Positions 59,837 to 64,000 of a stretch of DNA of 64,000 nt are shown one piece after another. Numbering within the stretch: the stretch's first letter is position 1; every line of letters begins with the position of its first letter. The notes below the pieces were generated by a model that saw only the letters and a list, made by a program, of their open reading frames with translations, was not told the origin of the DNA and ran no database searches. The DNA comes from Convolutriloba macropyga (lineage: Eukaryota), in NCBI RefSeq assembly GCF_964194025.1, contig NC_134472.1, positions 44,206,001 to 44,270,000 of the forward strand. Direction: 5' to 3'. The position numbers were made by a program, and so were the translations under genes.

Positions 59837-62800
59837 AATTTTTGGAACTCAGGGCTTCATACTTTTCTCATCTGTTATGGTTTCAGTAGATGAGGTCAAT
59901 TGACAATCAGAAACAAAAAATGCAAAAATTTTGCTCTTGTCCTCAGAAAACTGAGACAAAAGCTATACTTCAATGTACCTTGCTATGAAGACTCATTGCC
60001 ATAACTTGATTTTACATTATCTATTATTTCGTGCTCGTTCCCAATGGTGTTCTTGACTGAGCGCATGTAACGACGAAGGCTTTCAATAAAAAAGGGGGAG
60101 TTTTGAAAGTATTTTTTTTCTTTTTTTGTCTGCATTTGTTTTTAGGGTATCAGAAAAATTTGTAAAATTTTTCTCAAAATTTGTACAATTTTTTTGTGTG
60201 GATTGGGACCAGCAATAACCACGCCTACTGATGAATCAGTTTCCAAAACTTAGGAATAATCTTCTATTTATTATGTATAGTTAGTTCTACTTTAACTTCA
60301 TATTCAATTGTCTTTTCTAGATTCCTTGCAAAAATATTCCCATAGCTGCCATTAGTTCAATTTTGTTCACTTTATGTCATCAGTTAGTTTTCTCTGAATT
60401 GGCAACAGAATGAGTTCTTTTAGTTTGCAATTTTTCTGTTTGGTGTATTAGTATGCTGTTGTATTAGTAGTTCGTTGTGTCTAGCATGTATTTTATGAAT
60501 TTAAAGTTATCAACAAATAATAACTGAGAAGTCTTCGCACCTGTTTTGGCGGAAGTATTTGTTCAAGAAGTATAGCTTCATGTCAGATGGTCCTGATTTT
60601 TTCACGAGTAATTTAAAGATAAATGTTAAATTTGCATTGGTGGTTTGCATAGTGGTTTCTACTTTTTATCATTTGTTGTCTGCGTCTGATCTTGTTTGCA
60701 TCTGCAAAATTTTGAATTTGCAATTTTTCCTATAGTTATTCTAGAACTATCATCATCACGAATTCGAAGCTAGAGCAAAGTTTACTCAAATGTTGTATCA
60801 AGCACCTGAGCGTATTAAGAAATTTGAATCGCCCCTAGAAAGTATGAAAATACGACTTTAAACCGCAAGTAATTTCAAAAGAGGATTAAGTTTCTATTTG
60901 AGTTCAGTTCCATTTACATTGACATATTTGATTGATTTTTCTTGAGTGTGAGGATGTCTTCTTTGTTTTATTGTGATTTATTGAGTACGTTTTTCTCAAA
61001 ACTACAGCATTTAATAGCAGCACCACCAAATTGTTCAAAAACTGATGAATGAGGTGGAGAGTAGTGTATACTATGTGCTATCCAACCACCTAAAAAAATT
61101 TTGTTAAAAAACACGTAATTTGCATTATTTTAAATTAAAATTCGGTAGATATTTTTATTTTATCTTTCATTTAGAATCAGGTAATTTAACCGATTTTTTT
61201 CAATTTTTTCTAAAGCGCTTGAATAGCACATAATATACATTACTCTTATGTTGACATAAACTAAAACATCATTTAAAACCAAATTAAATCTGAGAAAATA
61301 TCACAACATATGTCGACCTATACTAAAACTTCATTCATAATCAACTTAAAACTAAAACTTCTTGTCTCACTTGGTGTAGTGGTTAATTCATCGAGTCAAG
61401 TTAAATTGATTTGGCAAACGGAATTTTTGTTTCGTTGCCACTCCAAATTAACGGTGGTAAAAGAGCCTCTAAAACAGATAGTTTTAAACAAAAAGAAACC
61501 AATTTGCGAAAAAAATCTGATAAATTTGGTTCATAAACAGAAAACCCAGGAAAAAAACCGAAAATTTTTATTCTTCATTAAATTTCCTAACAAAATTCTT
61601 TTGAAAATGCTAAAATGCAATTTCCTAATCTTTATTTCGTGAAAAATTTTAATTGCATCTTCTGGTATATCAGTCACCCACCAAGTGATTGACGGAGAAT
61701 TATTAAACGATTAGAAGCTGCAAAGTGGAAAGAATTAAAGACCTGACAAAAATTGTATATTTTTCAGAGTCACGTCTAGCCCTCAAGTGTCAACTTATAT
61801 TAGCAAAACCTACATAATAGCTCATAATTAAGATTTTTCTAAAAAAAATGCAGCCAGGAGCGAAAACTTGGAAGAAATAAACAAAACACAAAAACAGATA
61901 AAATTCATCAAAAGTTTGTTCAAAGTAGCTCATTTCTCTTCAAAAAAAACTCAAATTGAATATCAGTCAACGTGAAAGGTAGCAAAAGCTGCCAGAACAA
62001 CAATTTCAACCACACAACTCCCAAAGGCAACAAATACTTGAAAAAAAATGCAGAAACTGTTAGGAAAGCCTTAAACAATAGCTCAAAATTGAATCTTAAA
62101 GTGTAATATTTACATCAGATAGTCAAAAATGCTTCAAATATTAGTTTGGATATTTGAGTGAATCCTTGACTGAAACAGTAATAATTAAAATTTACAAATT
62201 GTTCTGAAAAAACAGCACGTGATCAAAAAATTTTGCTCGATAGCAAAAAATGTTTCACACAAGCTTTTCTTGCTCTCTTAAAAACGCAGCATGAACACAA
62301 AATTTCTCTTTTCTTTCTGCTCTTTAAATCTTTCAGCTGTTTAACGGAAACACTTAGATTTAACGTGCGGTATTGAATTTTACATCCTGTTTCAAATACA
62401 CTTCAAAAAATACCTGATAAAAAGACGCTCTGCCAGTACTCTCCATCGAGTCGCAAAATGACAGTACACCAATTCAATTCAAATTCTTTGAATTGTACTA
62501 AAAGCTCCAATGTTAACTTAGTTAGTGAAAATATCATTCAGCTTTTCTCGAAAAGTTTCCTTCATGTTAGACGAACCCTTTTGGCAATTATTTCACATTT
62601 CGTAATTTGATTTTATTTTTTGAAATAAGTTATAATGTTTAATGTTCCCCGTACCTAACTCCATTCGTGTTTCAGTACGGGGCAGTTCAGTACTCCCCAG
62701 ACGTTTGTTCTCCTTTCTGAGCCGCCACGACTGTTGCACGTCTGTCTTTGTGCCGTTAATAGACGGTTGAATGCAAATTTCACGCGAAAAAGCGAGTAAA

Positions 62801-62841
62801 ATATATTACATGGGAGACTTGCATTTACAACTGCCCAGTAC

Positions 62842-63041
62842 NNNNNNNNNNNNNNNNNNNNNNNNNNNNNNNNNNNNNNNNNNNNNNNNNNNNNNNNNNN
62901 NNNNNNNNNNNNNNNNNNNNNNNNNNNNNNNNNNNNNNNNNNNNNNNNNNNNNNNNNNNNNNNNNNNNNNNNNNNNNNNNNNNNNNNNNNNNNNNNNNNN
63001 NNNNNNNNNNNNNNNNNNNNNNNNNNNNNNNNNNNNNNNNN
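62842..63041. other. Assembly gap (200 N)
   Basis: Run of exactly 200 n. Confidence 1.
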
Positions 63042-63499
63042 CTCATAAACTTCCTGTTCTTTTGAAAACGTGATATTTCTTGATCCAAAATATGGATGTT
63101 TTGTTTTTTAAAAGAGGAGTTATTAGTAGTTCATTACAATCTAATTGAAAAAACATAAAAATTCAAATAATCTTTCAACGAATAAACTTTGCTAAACTAT
63201 TTGAATTTTTTTGATTTTGCTCATAATAGCAAAATGAAAATTAGTTTGCAGACCTTTTCAAAGTTTTTATGGAAACCACAAAAAAATCAAAATTGAAAAA
63301 AATTAAACATGACTGAGCCATAGTCATTTCTCTTTTTGTTTTAAAGTTCTAGGTAAGAAAAGTTTTTCTAGGTAGCTAAAACTTTCTAAGTATGAAAGAA
63401 GGTCACAGAAACTGTTTGAGGATCATATCACACCCTACGACGAGTGCAATTGTTGGGCAAGATCAGTACCCTAGTTGAGAAATTTTTGGTTTTTGAAAA

Positions 63500-63720
63500 T
63501 AAGAAATTGTCAGTATCGTCGTTTTTTGTAGCCAAAGCCGACGACATTTCCTATAATTTTTTGTCGGTATTGTCGTTTTTGTTCGCTATTTAACACAAAA
63601 GCTTCGGTATCGTCGCTTTTAAACGTACGAGAGATTCGGTATAGTCGTTTTTAACCTTAAGTGAGATTCGGTATCTTTTAGAGAAAAACCAATCGGCACT
63701 GGGGTTTTGAAACGCAACCA
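63500..63720. repeat. Short degenerate tandem repeat with core tcggtatcgtcgttttt
   Basis: About six copies at ~30-55 bp spacing. Confidence 0.65.
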
Positions 63721-64000
63721 ACCGTCAAAATCGTTACTTGCAAACTACAAGAAGTATGTAAGAAAAGCACTCAAAATTCAGTGAATATGAATTAATCAAC
63801 AGAATACTAATCAATGTTCAACAAGTATGTTACACTTTTGAATTAAAAATTAACCAAGAATTCCATAGTCATTCATTTATGTTTGCCAATGAGCTTAAAA
63901 AAGAGTTATCAAAGAGTCTGCCCACTCCTTGGGATTATTATTCTATGAAGAACGCTTGAAAATCCTGCAAAAAACCCGTATCATAACGTTTGACTACATT

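Noticed and set aside
59843-62450. Host gene downstream of the Polinton
   Set aside because: No convincing ORF, splice pattern or motif was seen. Only an isolated minus-strand family-3 HINE 5' end is recognisable just beyond, at ~62460-62498.
62771-63088. ORFs spanning the N run
   Set aside because: Artefacts of the 200-N gap.

Overview
This is AT-rich, repeat-dominated eukaryotic DNA, most likely from an invertebrate animal; the species cannot be determined from the sequence. (1) A structurally complete but decayed 15.8-kb Polinton/Maverick occupies 44058-59836. It has AGTAGT...ACTACT termini, ~235-bp TIRs and a 6-bp TSD (AATTTT). It carries remnants of protein-primed PolB (with C2H2 fingers, an OTU-like segment and a VSR-like nuclease insert), adenain-type protease, major and minor capsid proteins, integrase, packaging ATPase and several accessory genes. 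(2) The 2.7-21 kb region holds a dense, same-strand, nested stack of at least three families of short non-coding elements with Helentron/HINE (DINE-1-like) architecture. Some carry tRNA-like Pol III cassettes and others carry internal tandem repeats. (3) One recognisable host gene is present: the last two exons of a collagen prolyl 4-hydroxylase alpha subunit. (4) Decayed non-LTR retrotransposons comprise two CR1-group copies, one L2-like copy and one CRE-like copy. (5) There is also a large tandem array with a recent 809-bp amplification, microsatellites and a 200-N scaffold gap. All motif calls were made by eye, no searches were run, and pseudogene boundaries are approximate.
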